Below are positions 34,350 to 44,747 of a DNA stretch of 64,000 nucleotides, piece by piece. The notes beneath the pieces are model-generated. The model was not told the origin of the DNA and did not search any database. It worked only from the letters and a program-made list of their open reading frames with translations. The stretch's first letter is position 1. Each line of letters opens with the position of its first letter. The stretch lies in the IMG/VR virus record IMGVR_UViG_3300036939_000023, positions 1 to 64,000 of that record; one strand, given 5' to 3'. Source of the DNA: a virus. The translations under genes were made by a program, and so were the position numbers.

Positions 34350-37300
34350 ATGGGAATATATTTTGCTAATGGTAGAAGCATACTACCTAACAATAGTTGG
34401 AGTATAACTGTTAATAATACTGGAGGTAATTTAGTAGCTAATAGTTACTACTTTAGTTTACAAGCACGTAATAGAGTAGGTTTAACATTACCAGTTTACT
34501 CATCATTAGTTACAGTAAATAGTAATAATTCAATAACACTTACTATTAATAGTACAGCTAAAGAAACTGGAGAAGAATGGATTAGTTATATAATTAGTGC
34601 TAATACAGTTAATCAACCATTAAGTTATTGTCAAATTGCAGAAATACCATTAATTAACTTAAACGATAATTCACTAAATAGTTTTCCATTAACAGTTAAT
34701 TTAATAGATCAAGAGCAGTTAAAATTAAATGAAATAGTAACTAATAATACTTTGTTACCAACTACTAATGCAATTCATGGTATGTGCAGAGGACTTAGTA
34801 GTACTGGATTAATTTATAAATACGACATATTTGATACTACAACTCCTCAAGATGCATTATATGTATTTAATGGAATTGTTGGTAAATGGAAAGCTACAGG
34901 TACATTTACTACTTATATTCAATCTGTAACTGAAGCTGATGGCTGTTCACAAGATATTAGAGACATTGAAGATAATAGTAATATTGTTGTACCCAAATAC
35001 AATCCTGATGGTAATAGTAGTAATTCAATTACTTTATGGCTAACTAGTAGTAAAGTAGTAAAAACAGGTACTAGAATTGCAATTACTGTTAAACTAGGTC
35101 AACTAAATAAATCTCAGTTATTTGATAACTTATTAGAACTAAAATTTAAAGGATTTGTAAATACAACTACTGGTATTAAACGAACTACTAAAGCTGATAA
35201 TACTCCATTAGATGAAATAGATGTACTTTATAAATACGATGCTAATAATCCAACACTAATACTTGAAGATGATTTAGCTGTTGGTGAAGCTTATGCATTA
35301 GAAGTTAACTGTAACTTTCAAAGTGCTGAGATTGAAGATTATATAGTTAACGGTAGCTATATTAGTATCTATCCAGAATTTACTGCTAGTGCTAGTATTT
35401 ATAATCCCGCAGGTGTAATTATTGGTAACGTAATATTTACTGATAGTGATAAAAGACGTATTGTACCCAACCTTAATTTAACTGCAACTGCTCTTAAAGG
35501 TAGTGGTTTAATTAAGAACTTTAGCTTTCCAGTACAAGAAGAAACTACTGTTACTGCATTACAACCTAACACTACTAACATTATTGCAATTAACAAATTA
35601 GGTAATGTTTATGTAACTACTTCTTTACCTAGTGATGCAGTACAAAGAGCTATTGTTAAAACAACTGCTGGTGAAACTAATCCTTCTGTATGGTCTTCTA
35701 ATGTATCTGTAAGTGCTAGTGGTAGTCTAAGTATTACTGTGACTTATCCATGCTCTACAGACGGTTATGGCACAGTTAGAAATGATTATCCAGATGTAAT
35801 AGCAGGTAGTAATAAAGGTTTATTTAATCCTACTTCAGTTAACATTTACATTGATAATGGAACTGTAATTAAAAAGTTTACTAATAATGCAATAGTACCC
35901 GGTATCAATCAAACATTTACTATATCTGATTTTAATTTAGGTACTAATTCAACACTACCAACACAAAATGATAACAGTTTTAGCTTATTTGCACCAGGAA
36001 CAGTTACATTAACTGCTAGTACTAATGGTAGTTTTACTGCTGGTAGCTATCGAGTTAGTTATAGTTTTGCTTATAGTGGTAATGAAATAACAGCTATTAG
36101 TCATAAAGAAAGTGATGGTAATGTAGCTGAACTAAACTTTAATTTGTTAGAGTCACTACAAAGATTTAAATATGTCTGGCTTAATGGCAGTGGAGTTCCT
36201 AATAACACATTAGGTTATGACGATAACTACTATTTAGATAATGATACTAAAAACTATTACAACAAAGTAAATGGTAGTTGGATATTAATAGGTAGCTTAA
36301 GAGGTAGTATTTGGCTGAATGGAACAGTAAATCCAATAGCTAGTGATGGTAATGTATTAGATTACTACATTAATAGTAGTACTTATGAATATTTTAAAAA
36401 GACTAACAATACCACTTGGACTAGCTTAGGTAATATTAAAGGTGCTACTGGTAACAATGGAGCTACTTGGTTAAATAGTAATGGAGTACCTACTAGTGGT
36501 TTAGGTAATATTAATGACTACTTTATCAACAATAGTACTAGTGATTATTATCAAAAAGTAAATAGTACTACTTGGATGTTATTAGGTAGTTTTAAAGGAT
36601 TAAGTGGTAACACTGGAGCTACTGGAAATACAGGTGCTACTGGTAATCCTGGTAGTCAAATCTTAACTGCTAGTGGAGTTCCTAATAATTCACTTGGAGT
36701 TGACAATGATTTTTACTTAAATACAGCTAACAGTGATTACTATAAGAAAATAAGTTCTGTATGGCAGCTACAAGGCAATCTGAGAGGACTTCAAGGTATT
36801 CAAGGTACAAATGGAGCTACTTGGATTACAGGTACCGTAAATCCTACTAGCGGTACTGGTGCTACAAATGACTTATATTTAAATACTGTTAGTTATGATT
36901 ACTACTTAAAAACTGATAGTACTACTTGGACATTACAAGGTAACTTAAAAGGTGTTAAAGGAGACACTGGAAGCACTGGAAGTTTAACATCTAATAGTGG
37001 AATAGTTACTGATAATAATACAGTTGCTCCTAGTAAAACTGTTACTCAATTAGCTATTTATAGTAAGAATGGTATTGCTACAGTTGTTGATAATAATGCA
37101 GTAGAAAATATTATTGCTTATATTGATAAAGTACAAACATTTACTAAAGCTCAAGGTACTGGATTAGTTACATTAACTGATGCTGCTACTATTACTGTTG
37201 ATGCTAGTTTAAGCAATACTTTTAAAGTTACATTAGCTGGTAATAGAACACTAGCTAATCCTACAAATACTGTTAGTGGTTTTACTTATAACTTCTTAAT

Positions 37301-37463
37301 TGCTCAAGATGCAACTGGTAGTAGAACATTAACATTTGGCAGTAACTACAAATTCAAAACTACTCCAGTATTAACTACTACTGCTAATGCTACAGATATA
37401 GTTAGTTGTATTGCTGATGGTAGTAATTTAAGATGTGAAATCAATAAAGGTTGGTTAAGTTAA
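34350..37463 (+). CDS. tail fibre with collagen-like G-X-Y tracts and five tandem W..G..P modules
   Basis: GLSGNTGATGNTGATGNPGS (36597-36656), GLQGIQGTNGA, GVKGDTGSTGS. Repeated module W(L/I)xGxGxPxxxxGxxxDxYxxxxxxxYYxKxxxxxWxxxGxxKG. Confidence 0.7.
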   Translation: MGIYFANGRSILPNNSWSITVNNTGGNLVANSYYFSLQARNRVGLTLPVYSSLVTVNSNNSITLTINSTAKETGEEWISYIISANTVNQPLSYCQIAEIPLINLNDNSLNSFPLTVNLIDQEQLKLNEIVTNNTLLPTTNAIHGMCRGLSSTGLIYKYDIFDTTTPQDALYVFNGIVGKWKATGTFTTYIQSVTEADGCSQDIRDIEDNSNIVVPKYNPDGNSSNSITLWLTSSKVVKTGTRIAITVKLGQLNKSQLFDNLLELKFKGFVNTTTGIKRTTKADNTPLDEIDVLYKYDANNPTLILEDDLAVGEAYALEVNCNFQSAEIEDYIVNGSYISIYPEFTASASIYNPAGVIIGNVIFTDSDKRRIVPNLNLTATALKGSGLIKNFSFPVQEETTVTALQPNTTNIIAINKLGNVYVTTSLPSDAVQRAIVKTTAGETNPSVWSSNVSVSASGSLSITVTYPCSTDGYGTVRNDYPDVIAGSNKGLFNPTSVNIYIDNGTVIKKFTNNAIVPGINQTFTISDFNLGTNSTLPTQNDNSFSLFAPGTVTLTASTNGSFTAGSYRVSYSFAYSGNEITAISHKESDGNVAELNFNLLESLQRFKYVWLNGSGVPNNTLGYDDNYYLDNDTKNYYNKVNGSWILIGSLRGSIWLNGTVNPIASDGNVLDYYINSSTYEYFKKTNNTTWTSLGNIKGATGNNGATWLNSNGVPTSGLGNINDYFINNSTSDYYQKVNSTTWMLLGSFKGLSGNTGATGNTGATGNPGSQILTASGVPNNSLGVDNDFYLNTANSDYYKKISSVWQLQGNLRGLQGIQGTNGATWITGTVNPTSGTGATNDLYLNTVSYDYYLKTDSTTWTLQGNLKGVKGDTGSTGSLTSNSGIVTDNNTVAPSKTVTQLAIYSKNGIATVVDNNAVENIIAYIDKVQTFTKAQGTGLVTLTDAATITVDASLSNTFKVTLAGNRTLANPTNTVSGFTYNFLIAQDATGSRTLTFGSNYKFKTTPVLTTTANATDIVSCIADGSNLRCEINKGWLS
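36174..36983 (+). repeat. five tandem ~45-55-aa modules in the tail fibre
   Basis: Modules begin near 36174, 36309, 36466, 36657 and 36817, each ending in a short G-X-Y run. Confidence 0.65.
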
Positions 37464-38167
37464 TGTTCAATTTTCCGTTAGCTTTATTTAGTAATAATGT
37501 ATTAGAATTACCTGTTAAAACTAATTTATTACTTCATTTAGACAGCAGTAACTTATCTAGTATTACTGTAGATGGTAGTAATTTAGTATCACAATGGAAT
37601 GATTTAAGTGGTTTAAATAATCATGTTTATCAAAGTAATAATAATTTAAAACCAACTTATACTACAGCAATACAAAATAACTTAGCTGGAGTTAGATGGA
37701 TTAATAATAATACTGTATTAAGAACAGCTACTAATGCTAGTGGTAAACATTGTTTTATAGTTGCTAGACACTTAGAAACTGGTAGTAACTTTGGTAGTTT
37801 TAGAAGATTAATAGATAGAGGGGATGACAGTACAAGTAATAATACTTATGCATTATTTGGTGTTAGTGGCAGTACTGATTACTCTCCAGGTAGTTTTGCT
37901 AGAAATATTGCTAGTAATAATGTATGGATAAATAGAGTTAATACAATAACTGCTTCCCCTTTTAATACTACTAAGTTAGTTGAATTTATTACTACTAATG
38001 CTACTACTGCTGGTATCTTAGCTGTTGGTAGTCATTTTAGTAGAGATGATTTAGCACAAAATATGGTTGGTTATATATTTGAAGTAATACTATATTCAGA
38101 TACTAAAAGTAGTAGTGAAATTACTAGTATCACTAATTACTTAAATAACAAATGGCTTATTTATTAA
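37451..38167 (+). CDS. LamG/concanavalin-like jelly-roll domain protein candidate
   Basis: LHLDSSNL....GSNLVSQWNDLSGLNNHVYQSNNNLKPTY fits the W.D.SG.gNh.........P pattern typical of LamG-type phage proteins. Confidence 0.35.
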   Translation: MVKLMFNFPLALFSNNVLELPVKTNLLLHLDSSNLSSITVDGSNLVSQWNDLSGLNNHVYQSNNNLKPTYTTAIQNNLAGVRWINNNTVLRTATNASGKHCFIVARHLETGSNFGSFRRLIDRGDDSTSNNTYALFGVSGSTDYSPGSFARNIASNNVWINRVNTITASPFNTTKLVEFITTNATTAGILAVGSHFSRDDLAQNMVGYIFEVILYSDTKSSSEITSITNYLNNKWLIY

Positions 38168-39132
38168 GTTTTCCAGTAAATCATATTAGTAAAGTTATCT
38201 GATGTAATAGATAATGCTTGTTCTGCTTTTAATTTACTAGTTGGTATTAATGCAGTTAATATTGGTTCATTATTATTTATTACTAAACCTTTACTTTCTC
38301 CGTAATTACTATTTAGTATTAAATTATCTCTATTAGTAACATCTGTAGATACTAGTTTAATAGTATTTGAAGGATTATAAAAGTTATCTATAACATACTC
38401 ATTATACTTTTTCCAGCTAGCTAAGAATGGAAAATTATTAAGCTTACTATGTTCTGATTGAATTATTACTCCATATAGTTTAGCTATTGTTTTAATTTGT
38501 GAAATTCTTGAAGATGTAATATTAATAGCATAAGTAGAAGTATCTCCTAATGGACTTGGTAAATTTAGCCATAATACACTATCTACCGTATTTAACTGAT
38601 TGTTTGTTACTTCTTTTATTTGTATATTTTCTTTAGTTTTTAATTCATTTACAAGTTTATAACTTAAAGGAAAAGCACCTAAGAAAGGATCAAGAAAATT
38701 ACCACTCAATGTATAAATAGTTTTATTTTTTATATTTAGTAATTTAAGAGCATCAGTAAATAGCTGTACTAAATTAGTCATAGATACTGAAATTACTGTA
38801 TCTAACATATTGAAATCTAGTATCCAAATAAATCCTGCTGTCTTCTTAACTTTAACTGTTTCTCTATTCTTTCTATAACTATATTGCTTACTACTAATTA
38901 CTTTACTAGGTGCATTAGTGAAACAGTAGTAACGTTCTTCATCTTTATCCCATACAACTATTGCATTACCAGGATAAGTACAGTTGATGTTATATGCACT
39001 TTTAATACCATAATTAGTACTTACTTGACAAATAGTGCCAGGTCTAGGACTAGTTATGTTACCTAACAGTAGATTACTATTCTGACTATTTAAGATGCTT
39101 ATTATTCTATTGATTATGTAGTTATCGTCCAT
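38164..39132 (-). CDS. hypothetical protein
   Basis: Track ORF, convergent with the end of the fibre module. Confidence 0.6.
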   Translation of the reverse strand: MDDNYIINRIISILNSQNSNLLLGNITSPRPGTICQVSTNYGIKSAYNINCTYPGNAIVVWDKDEERYYCFTNAPSKVISSKQYSYRKNRETVKVKKTAGFIWILDFNMLDTVISVSMTNLVQLFTDALKLLNIKNKTIYTLSGNFLDPFLGAFPLSYKLVNELKTKENIQIKEVTNNQLNTVDSVLWLNLPSPLGDTSTYAINITSSRISQIKTIAKLYGVIIQSEHSKLNNFPFLASWKKYNEYVIDNFYNPSNTIKLVSTDVTNRDNLILNSNYGESKGLVINNNEPILTALIPTSKLKAEQALSITSDNFTNMIYWKT

Positions 39133-39395
39133 TAAATATTTTCTACTAATTGTACTTTAATCAACTCATCGTAATCATACCAATATTCTGATAATAATTT
39201 AAAGGTGCTTTTACAGTTTTCACAAGTAACTTCTTTATCTTCATGCTCACTTAAGCTATGATAAGCAGTTGTTGGCGCATAATCATCTTTACAAATAGGA
39301 CATGTTATATGATTATGTATAACTTCACAACAATAATCACAACAGATTTCAGTCATTACTTCTATATCGAATACTCTTGCAACACTTAAGTTCAT
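39132..39395 (-). CDS. Cys-rich zinc-ribbon-like protein
   Basis: CCDYCCEV..H.ITCPICKD...CENCKS. Confidence 0.5.
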   Translation of the reverse strand: MNLSVARVFDIEVMTEICCDYCCEVIHNHITCPICKDDYAPTTAYHSLSEHEDKEVTCENCKSTFKLLSEYWYDYDELIKVQLVENI

Positions 39396-39724
39396 AACTC
39401 AATACTATTTAATACTTTACTTATAATTTCACTATCACTATTAACTAAATGTTCTTTTACTAATCTTATTAACATTAAGAACTTGTCAGGTATGTTATTA
39501 AATTTTAAGTAATTAAGAATAAAGTCTTTACTATAAGAGCTACTTAATACATTAAAAAAAATATTTAGAAATACAGCAGTAATTGCAGTTACATCTTTAA
39601 AATCTACTACTACTTGGTTATTGTTAGTTAAATGCACTAGTACTACATCAGCTAACTTATAACCTTGCTCTACTGATATTGCATTAGTATTATTTAAAAT
39701 ATCTTTAACTACTAATTCAGTCAT
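39392..39724 (-). CDS. STAS-like (DUF4325-type pattern) protein candidate
   Basis: SVEQGYKLADVVLVHLTNNNQVVVDFKDVTAITAVFLNIFFNVL. Confidence 0.3.
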   Translation of the reverse strand: MTELVVKDILNNTNAISVEQGYKLADVVLVHLTNNNQVVVDFKDVTAITAVFLNIFFNVLSSSYSKDFILNYLKFNNIPDKFLMLIRLVKEHLVNSDSEIISKVLNSIEL

Positions 39725-39962
39725 TATTGATTAAATGTTGTTTATAAAAATTATCAAATAAGTAAAGCTCACAACTATCATAACTACTAAGACTTATGTT
39801 GTTAAATTTTAGTGTTTTATAGTTATTATTAGTAGCTAAGTTATCTAACTGCAATAAGATGTTATTTAATTGTTGCTTAAGTTGACCAATACTAACTGTA
39901 CTTTGAAATGTATAATAATGTACTTTGTTATTGCTCTTAACTATAAATAAGTATTTGTTCAT
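39717..39962 (-). CDS. hypothetical protein
   Basis: Track ORF in an overlapping array. Confidence 0.55.
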   Translation of the reverse strand: MNKYLFIVKSNNKVHYYTFQSTVSIGQLKQQLNNILLQLDNLATNNNYKTLKFNNISLSSYDSCELYLFDNFYKQHLINND

Positions 39963-40381
39963 TTTTCACTAATTAAATACTCTAATGCATCTAAATATTT
40001 TCTAGTTCTATTAATGTCTTTAACACTAATACTACTTAATCTACTTAAGTTAATGTTATCTAATAGGTCTGCTATTTTAACTACTTTAGATAATTCAAAA
40101 CACTTAATCCATTTAATATATTCTTCATAACTATCCTCTTTAACTTTAGTTAACTGAGCTACTGCATTAACTACATCATAACTAAATCCATAATTAATTA
40201 AGTCAATAGTTGTTAAATTACTATCTTCTAATACATCATGTAAAATTGCTACTATCTTTTCTTCTTCAGTAGTAACTTTACTCATAACTCTATAACAGTG
40301 ATAAATGTAAGGTTGTCCTGATTTATCTTTCTGTCCTTTATGAGCTTCTACTGCTAAGTTAATTGCTGTCTCTAAGTTCAT
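39959..40381 (-). CDS. HD-domain small alarmone hydrolase-like protein (RelA/SpoT hydrolase type)
   Basis: AINLAVEAHKGQKDKSGQPYIYHCYRV ... IVAILHDVLEDSNLT ... VVNAVAQLTK. Confidence 0.7.
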   Translation of the reverse strand: MNLETAINLAVEAHKGQKDKSGQPYIYHCYRVMSKVTTEEEKIVAILHDVLEDSNLTTIDLINYGFSYDVVNAVAQLTKVKEDSYEEYIKWIKCFELSKVVKIADLLDNINLSRLSSISVKDINRTRKYLDALEYLISEK

Positions 40382-40566
40382 ATCTTATTACTGTAAATAC
40401 TAATAGTTAATGAAGGTAAATATAAACTACTACAATACTCATACTTATAATATGCAGCTATTAATCTCCAGTAACTAATTGGATAAAATTCTAGCTTTAG
40501 TGAGTAATTGCATAAATGTATAAAATGAGTATCTACATTACAACTGTTGTAAGTTTTATATTTCAT
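40378..40566 (-). CDS. hypothetical protein (weak)
   Basis: Track ORF; low-complexity Tyr/Cys-rich sequence. Confidence 0.35.
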   Translation of the reverse strand: MKYKTYNSCNVDTHFIHLCNYSLKLEFYPISYWRLIAAYYKYEYCSSLYLPSLTISIYSNKI

Positions 40567-40602
40567 TTAAGCTATTGTATTAGATAATTATAAATAAATT
40601 AC

Positions 40603-41424
40603 TTACTTCTTAATAAATAATCTATTAAAAGCTAACTCAAGTATAGGCAGGTCTTCTGCTTCGTAAATCGTCACGCCATTGTTAATCTTTCCACTAGCAT
40701 GTCTTCTAACGTCTTTAGCTGGATCTACTCCTTTTAATGTTTTATAATTCTGACTAGCCATAATAGCTAATTTACTTCTTAAACTAAGTTCAATATCAAT
40801 AATACCCTTACACTCTCTTAACCATTCAGTAATAGTATAATTTCTATCATCAGTATCTTCAGGTGGTAATAAATTAGCTTCATCTTTTACTAAATCATCA
40901 ATTAACTTATCTAATCCCTTATAACTATCTTTAGTTTTCTTTCTTAATTTACGCAACTCAATAGTTTCATGTTTTAGCTCTTGAAACTCTAAATACATCT
41001 TAGAAATTAAATCAGTACTATCTACTTTAGGTTGATCAAATCCAGTAATATTTTTAACCCAGTTATCAAAACCTAATTCTAAAAACTTATCTAAACTATA
41101 CTTAGCTATTTCATTACTATATTTACTTTCATAAGCATAGTATTTAATCAATCTAGTAGCTACTGTACCTGTAACTACTTTTGCATTATTCTCAGCAGAA
41201 TGCATAGTAAAAAGCTTATCTGGACTGAGTTTCAGCGTTTTAACCCTATTGGAGATTGCATCCTCTTCAACCTCTTTTAATGCTTTACTTATAGTTTGAT
41301 GAGCTACTCCACAAAGTCTAGCTAAACCTGAAATAGAAATACCTACTTCTTGTCCATCATTAGATACATAAAATTCAATTTCATCTACAATTACAGCTTT
41401 CATTAAGTCAGTCATGTTTAACAC
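40603..41424 (-). CDS. HTH DNA-binding / antirepressor-like protein
   Basis: ISISGLARLCGVAHQTISKALKE helix-turn-helix. The track start is GTG; ATG at 41415 is the alternative. Confidence 0.45.
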   Translation of the reverse strand: MLNMTDLMKAVIVDEIEFYVSNDGQEVGISISGLARLCGVAHQTISKALKEVEEDAISNRVKTLKLSPDKLFTMHSAENNAKVVTGTVATRLIKYYAYESKYSNEIAKYSLDKFLELGFDNWVKNITGFDQPKVDSTDLISKMYLEFQELKHETIELRKLRKKTKDSYKGLDKLIDDLVKDEANLLPPEDTDDRNYTITEWLRECKGIIDIELSLRSKLAIMASQNYKTLKGVDPAKDVRRHASGKINNGVTIYEAEDLPILELAFNRLFIKK

Positions 41425-41531
41425 TTGTATACTATAAGATTAATTATATCATACCTTATTTAATTATATTAATAACTAGTTAGTTTTATTCGTACAATAA
41501 GTAAATATACAAATTATTATTAAAACTTTAA

Positions 41532-42821
41532 ATGACTAAACTGTTACCTGGTAAAATAGCTAACTCCATTAGTAGACTTAGCAATACAACACTTACTGAA
41601 ATATCTAATACTTCATTACATCCAATTGATGAATACAAAAAGTATATTCACAAAGATAATATTGCAACTAACTGTATCAACATACTGTCATTAAGAGCTG
41701 CTAATCTCTTCGGTAGTTACAATCACAGTAATCCTAAAATACAAGATTTTGTTAGAGATATGTTAGCAGATTTAGCAGTACCCCTGGATAAAGTTATTGC
41801 TCAATTAGCTGGTTGTCTTCCTTATGGTTTTAGTGTTGCTGAGATGGAGTTTGTTAACTATAAGAGACGTTTAATACTTAAAAGCATAGATGTACTTAAA
41901 CGTGATGAGATAAGCTTCAGAGGTCGTTTAGGACGTATTGAAGAAGTAATTTATATGGACAATAACAGAAAGTTCATACCGTATTGGAAATGTATTCATG
42001 TTAGTAATACTTATGCTGATAGTGATGATCCGTTTGGTTATCCATTAGCAGCAATAGCATTACCTTACATCAAATCTAAAATGGTAACACTACAAGATTT
42101 GTTAGTAGGTATTGGTACTTACTCTACTGGTATTCCTGTATTTAAGTTATCTCCTGGTAAAGTACGTTTATATGATGAATTAGGTAATCCACGAACACGT
42201 AATGGTAGAGAGATAACAGTAGATACTGGACAAGCTGTAGTTGAACAAATGCAGAATTTAGCAGTAAACAAGTTTCTACTATTAGGCAAAGATGATGAAT
42301 TAAGTAACTTTCAGGTAAATGATGGTAGTCAATTATTTAATACAGCATTACAGTATTATGATTCTGCAATATTAATGAGTTTTGGTGTACCTAGATTGTT
42401 ACTAGAAAATCCAAGTGCAATGCCAGATAGAGGAGTAGCTACAGCTATTAATAAACAAACTAATACATTAGATTCTAATATCAGTACAGTAGTTCAAACA
42501 ATACAAAGACAGTTAATACGTAAAGCTATTAAACCAGTACTAATTGAAAACTTTAATGAGAATAGGGATTTTGGTACATTTGATGTTGATAAACAAACTG
42601 ATCCACAACTAGAAATACAAGTATTTGCAAATATGATGACAGCTATTAGTATGGGAGTACTTAATCCTCAAGAAGCTTCTGTTCAAAGTAGATTAAGAAA
42701 TATACTAGGACTTCCTTCACTATCGAAAGAAGAACAACTTAAAGCAGTTAAAAAGCAAATGGAATTACAAGAATTACAAATGCAACAAAGTAGTGAAGAT
42801 CCTAATGCTCAGTATCCTTAA
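41532..42821 (+). CDS. portal protein candidate
   Basis: NIATNCINILSLRAANLFGSY near the N-terminus and AILMSFGVPRLLLENPS later resemble conserved portal-family blocks; 429 aa. Confidence 0.5.
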   Translation: MTKLLPGKIANSISRLSNTTLTEISNTSLHPIDEYKKYIHKDNIATNCINILSLRAANLFGSYNHSNPKIQDFVRDMLADLAVPLDKVIAQLAGCLPYGFSVAEMEFVNYKRRLILKSIDVLKRDEISFRGRLGRIEEVIYMDNNRKFIPYWKCIHVSNTYADSDDPFGYPLAAIALPYIKSKMVTLQDLLVGIGTYSTGIPVFKLSPGKVRLYDELGNPRTRNGREITVDTGQAVVEQMQNLAVNKFLLLGKDDELSNFQVNDGSQLFNTALQYYDSAILMSFGVPRLLLENPSAMPDRGVATAINKQTNTLDSNISTVVQTIQRQLIRKAIKPVLIENFNENRDFGTFDVDKQTDPQLEIQVFANMMTAISMGVLNPQEASVQSRLRNILGLPSLSKEEQLKAVKKQMELQELQMQQSSEDPNAQYP

Positions 42822-43074
42822 CATCCAAATCTACAGTTATACCAAAACCTAATATTACAAATTCAAAAATATAATCTGTTCCTTTATTTCTAAATAAACT
42901 AGGTAATCCATAATCATAATCTTCTCTGTAAATACTAAATATATTATTAAATCTAATAGTTAGTTCAGTATTACTAATTCTTACTTGTGGATATTCTAAT
43001 GTAACTACAAGTTCTTTGTTATCACTATTAAATACAAAACTAACTGAATGATCTGAGTAATGTTCAATTTTCAT
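42802..43074 (-). CDS. hypothetical protein
   Basis: Track ORF. Confidence 0.55.
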   Translation of the reverse strand: MKIEHYSDHSVSFVFNSDNKELVVTLEYPQVRISNTELTIRFNNIFSIYREDYDYGLPSLFRNKGTDYIFEFVILGFGITVDLDVKDTEH

Positions 43075-43318
43075 TTACTATACTATTTTTAATACTATTC
43101 CACTCCTCACGAAGTTCGGCAACTTTGTTGGCATTCTTAACTGCTACTATTAACTGACCGTAACTTTTACCTTTAAAATCTTTAGCTACTAATCTATATT
43201 CTTTTAAATAAGTATATAAATTAGCAATAGTAAAATAACTTTGCAATTTACTGTTAGGTACTTTTCTAATACTTAGTTGATATAAATAGCTTCCTAGAAC
43301 CGTTTTAGCAGCATACAT
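43064..43318 (-). CDS. hypothetical protein
   Basis: Track ORF. Confidence 0.55.
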   Translation of the reverse strand: MYAAKTVLGSYLYQLSIRKVPNSKLQSYFTIANLYTYLKEYRLVAKDFKGKSYGQLIVAVKNANKVAELREEWNSIKNSIVNEN

Positions 43319-43365
43319 ACAAATCTACCTAAATACAATTACAACAGCTTCAAAGGTCATCTAGA

Positions 43366-43557
43366 ATGGTTACAGGAGGTTTTATGAAACTACATGCAAC
43401 AGATAATTATAAGGATTACACAATACTAATTTATTACACTAAAGGTTATTACAAGTCAGTAATTTGTATTAACAATGAATGTGAAAGTTTAATTAGTTTA
43501 CATATTACTTGTTATGAAGCATTAACTTATGCAAAAAGAAGAATAGATGTTAAGTAG
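43366..43557 (+). CDS. hypothetical small protein
   Basis: Track ORF. AGGAGG at 43374-79 favours the internal ATG at 43384 as start. Confidence 0.4.
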   Translation: MVTGGFMKLHATDNYKDYTILIYYTKGYYKSVICINNECESLISLHITCYEALTYAKRRIDVK

Positions 43558-43747
43558 TTAAATACTTAGTAGTTATTTGTTGTATTAAATACTCAATATC
43601 ATGTTGATTATAAGTATCGTTTGTACTATAGTATTTATTTCTAATTAGCTCTAGTAGAAATGTATTAAAATCTACTGCATCTAATCTATAAGCTAATTCT
43701 GTAATTAATTTATCTTTATCTAAATCTAATGTAATTTTCATAACCAA
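43550..43747 (-). CDS. hypothetical protein
   Basis: Track ORF. Confidence 0.5.
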   Translation of the reverse strand: MVMKITLDLDKDKLITELAYRLDAVDFNTFLLELIRNKYYSTNDTYNQHDIEYLIQQITTKYLTT

Positions 43748-43766
43748 TATTGTTTTTTAGTACTAA

Positions 43767-44747
43767 TTAAGTTTTATCAGTAAAGTGAACAAAGTGAGAT
43801 TTAATATCTTGTTTAATATCGTTAACTTCTGTACTAACTATGTAACTAACAAAATCTAACTTACTATTCTTATAACTGTTAATAAACTGTCCTAATTCTT
43901 TATCTACTAAATCAGTTAATTCACTAACCATTATTCCATTAAATTTACTCTTAATTACACTTTTGAGTTGTTCTTCGTTATCTAAATCATCTAATTGTTG
44001 TACTAAATCTATATCACTAAAGTAATTATTAACATAGTACTTAACACCTTCAATCTTAGGACTACTAATATTAATGCTATTAGTTACTAAATAATTTAAG
44101 AAGTTATTCCAGTTAGGTCTTTTACGGTTTCTAGTTCTACTACTATGATTCCATTCTTCTTCATTAATAAAACACTTAGTATCAAAGTATCTGCTAGTAA
44201 TTACATAATCAAATATATCTGTTAACTTATTAAATCCTTTACTAAATATGTTGTAATCTAAATCTAAAAAACTAAATATAGTTAGTACATCAGTAGTTAA
44301 TAGTATGTCTTTCTTATAACTTCTGTCATTATTATAGTAAGTATAATGTAGTCCATTAAAACCATACTTACAATTTAATCGTTTAGCTAGTATTCCCATT
44401 AACATACCTAAGTCATTGTAACTAAAGTAAGTTCTAGCTAATTCTAAATTACTAGTTATATGTATTAAATCTACTTGAAATTCTTTATACTCAAAGCTAA
44501 TAGTATTGCCATTACTGACTATTTGTTTACTATTTAGTTCATTAATTAAGTAGTCTTTAATATTAGTAGTTTTAGTGTTAGTAACGATTAAATCTAAATC
44601 ACCATAATCTTCTTTATCTCTGTAACTAGGTATATCTAATACTGTTTCATAAACAACATCTAACTTATGTATTAGTTCTTCTTGTAATTTTAGATACTCA
44701 GCTTTGTTGTATCTTCTGGTATGTACTGATAATGCTCTACCTCCCAT
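43767..44747 (-). CDS. nucleotidyltransferase-fold (Pol-beta superfamily) protein candidate
   Basis: IPSYRDKEDYGDLDLIV resembles the [GS]-x9-13-D-x-D NTase signature. AGGAG lies 7 nt before the ATG. Confidence 0.35.
   Translation of the reverse strand: MGGRALSVHTRRYNKAEYLKLQEELIHKLDVVYETVLDIPSYRDKEDYGDLDLIVTNTKTTNIKDYLINELNSKQIVSNGNTISFEYKEFQVDLIHITSNLELARTYFSYNDLGMLMGILAKRLNCKYGFNGLHYTYYNNDRSYKKDILLTTDVLTIFSFLDLDYNIFSKGFNKLTDIFDYVITSRYFDTKCFINEEEWNHSSRTRNRKRPNWNNFLNYLVTNSINISSPKIEGVKYYVNNYFSDIDLVQQLDDLDNEEQLKSVIKSKFNGIMVSELTDLVDKELGQFINSYKNSKLDFVSYIVSTEVNDIKQDIKSHFVHFTDKT

Noticed and set aside
36597-36656. GGTNNNNNN periodic DNA repeat considered as a microsatellite or phase-variation tract
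   Set aside because: It is an in-frame collagen-like G-X-Y coding run inside the tail-fibre ORF.
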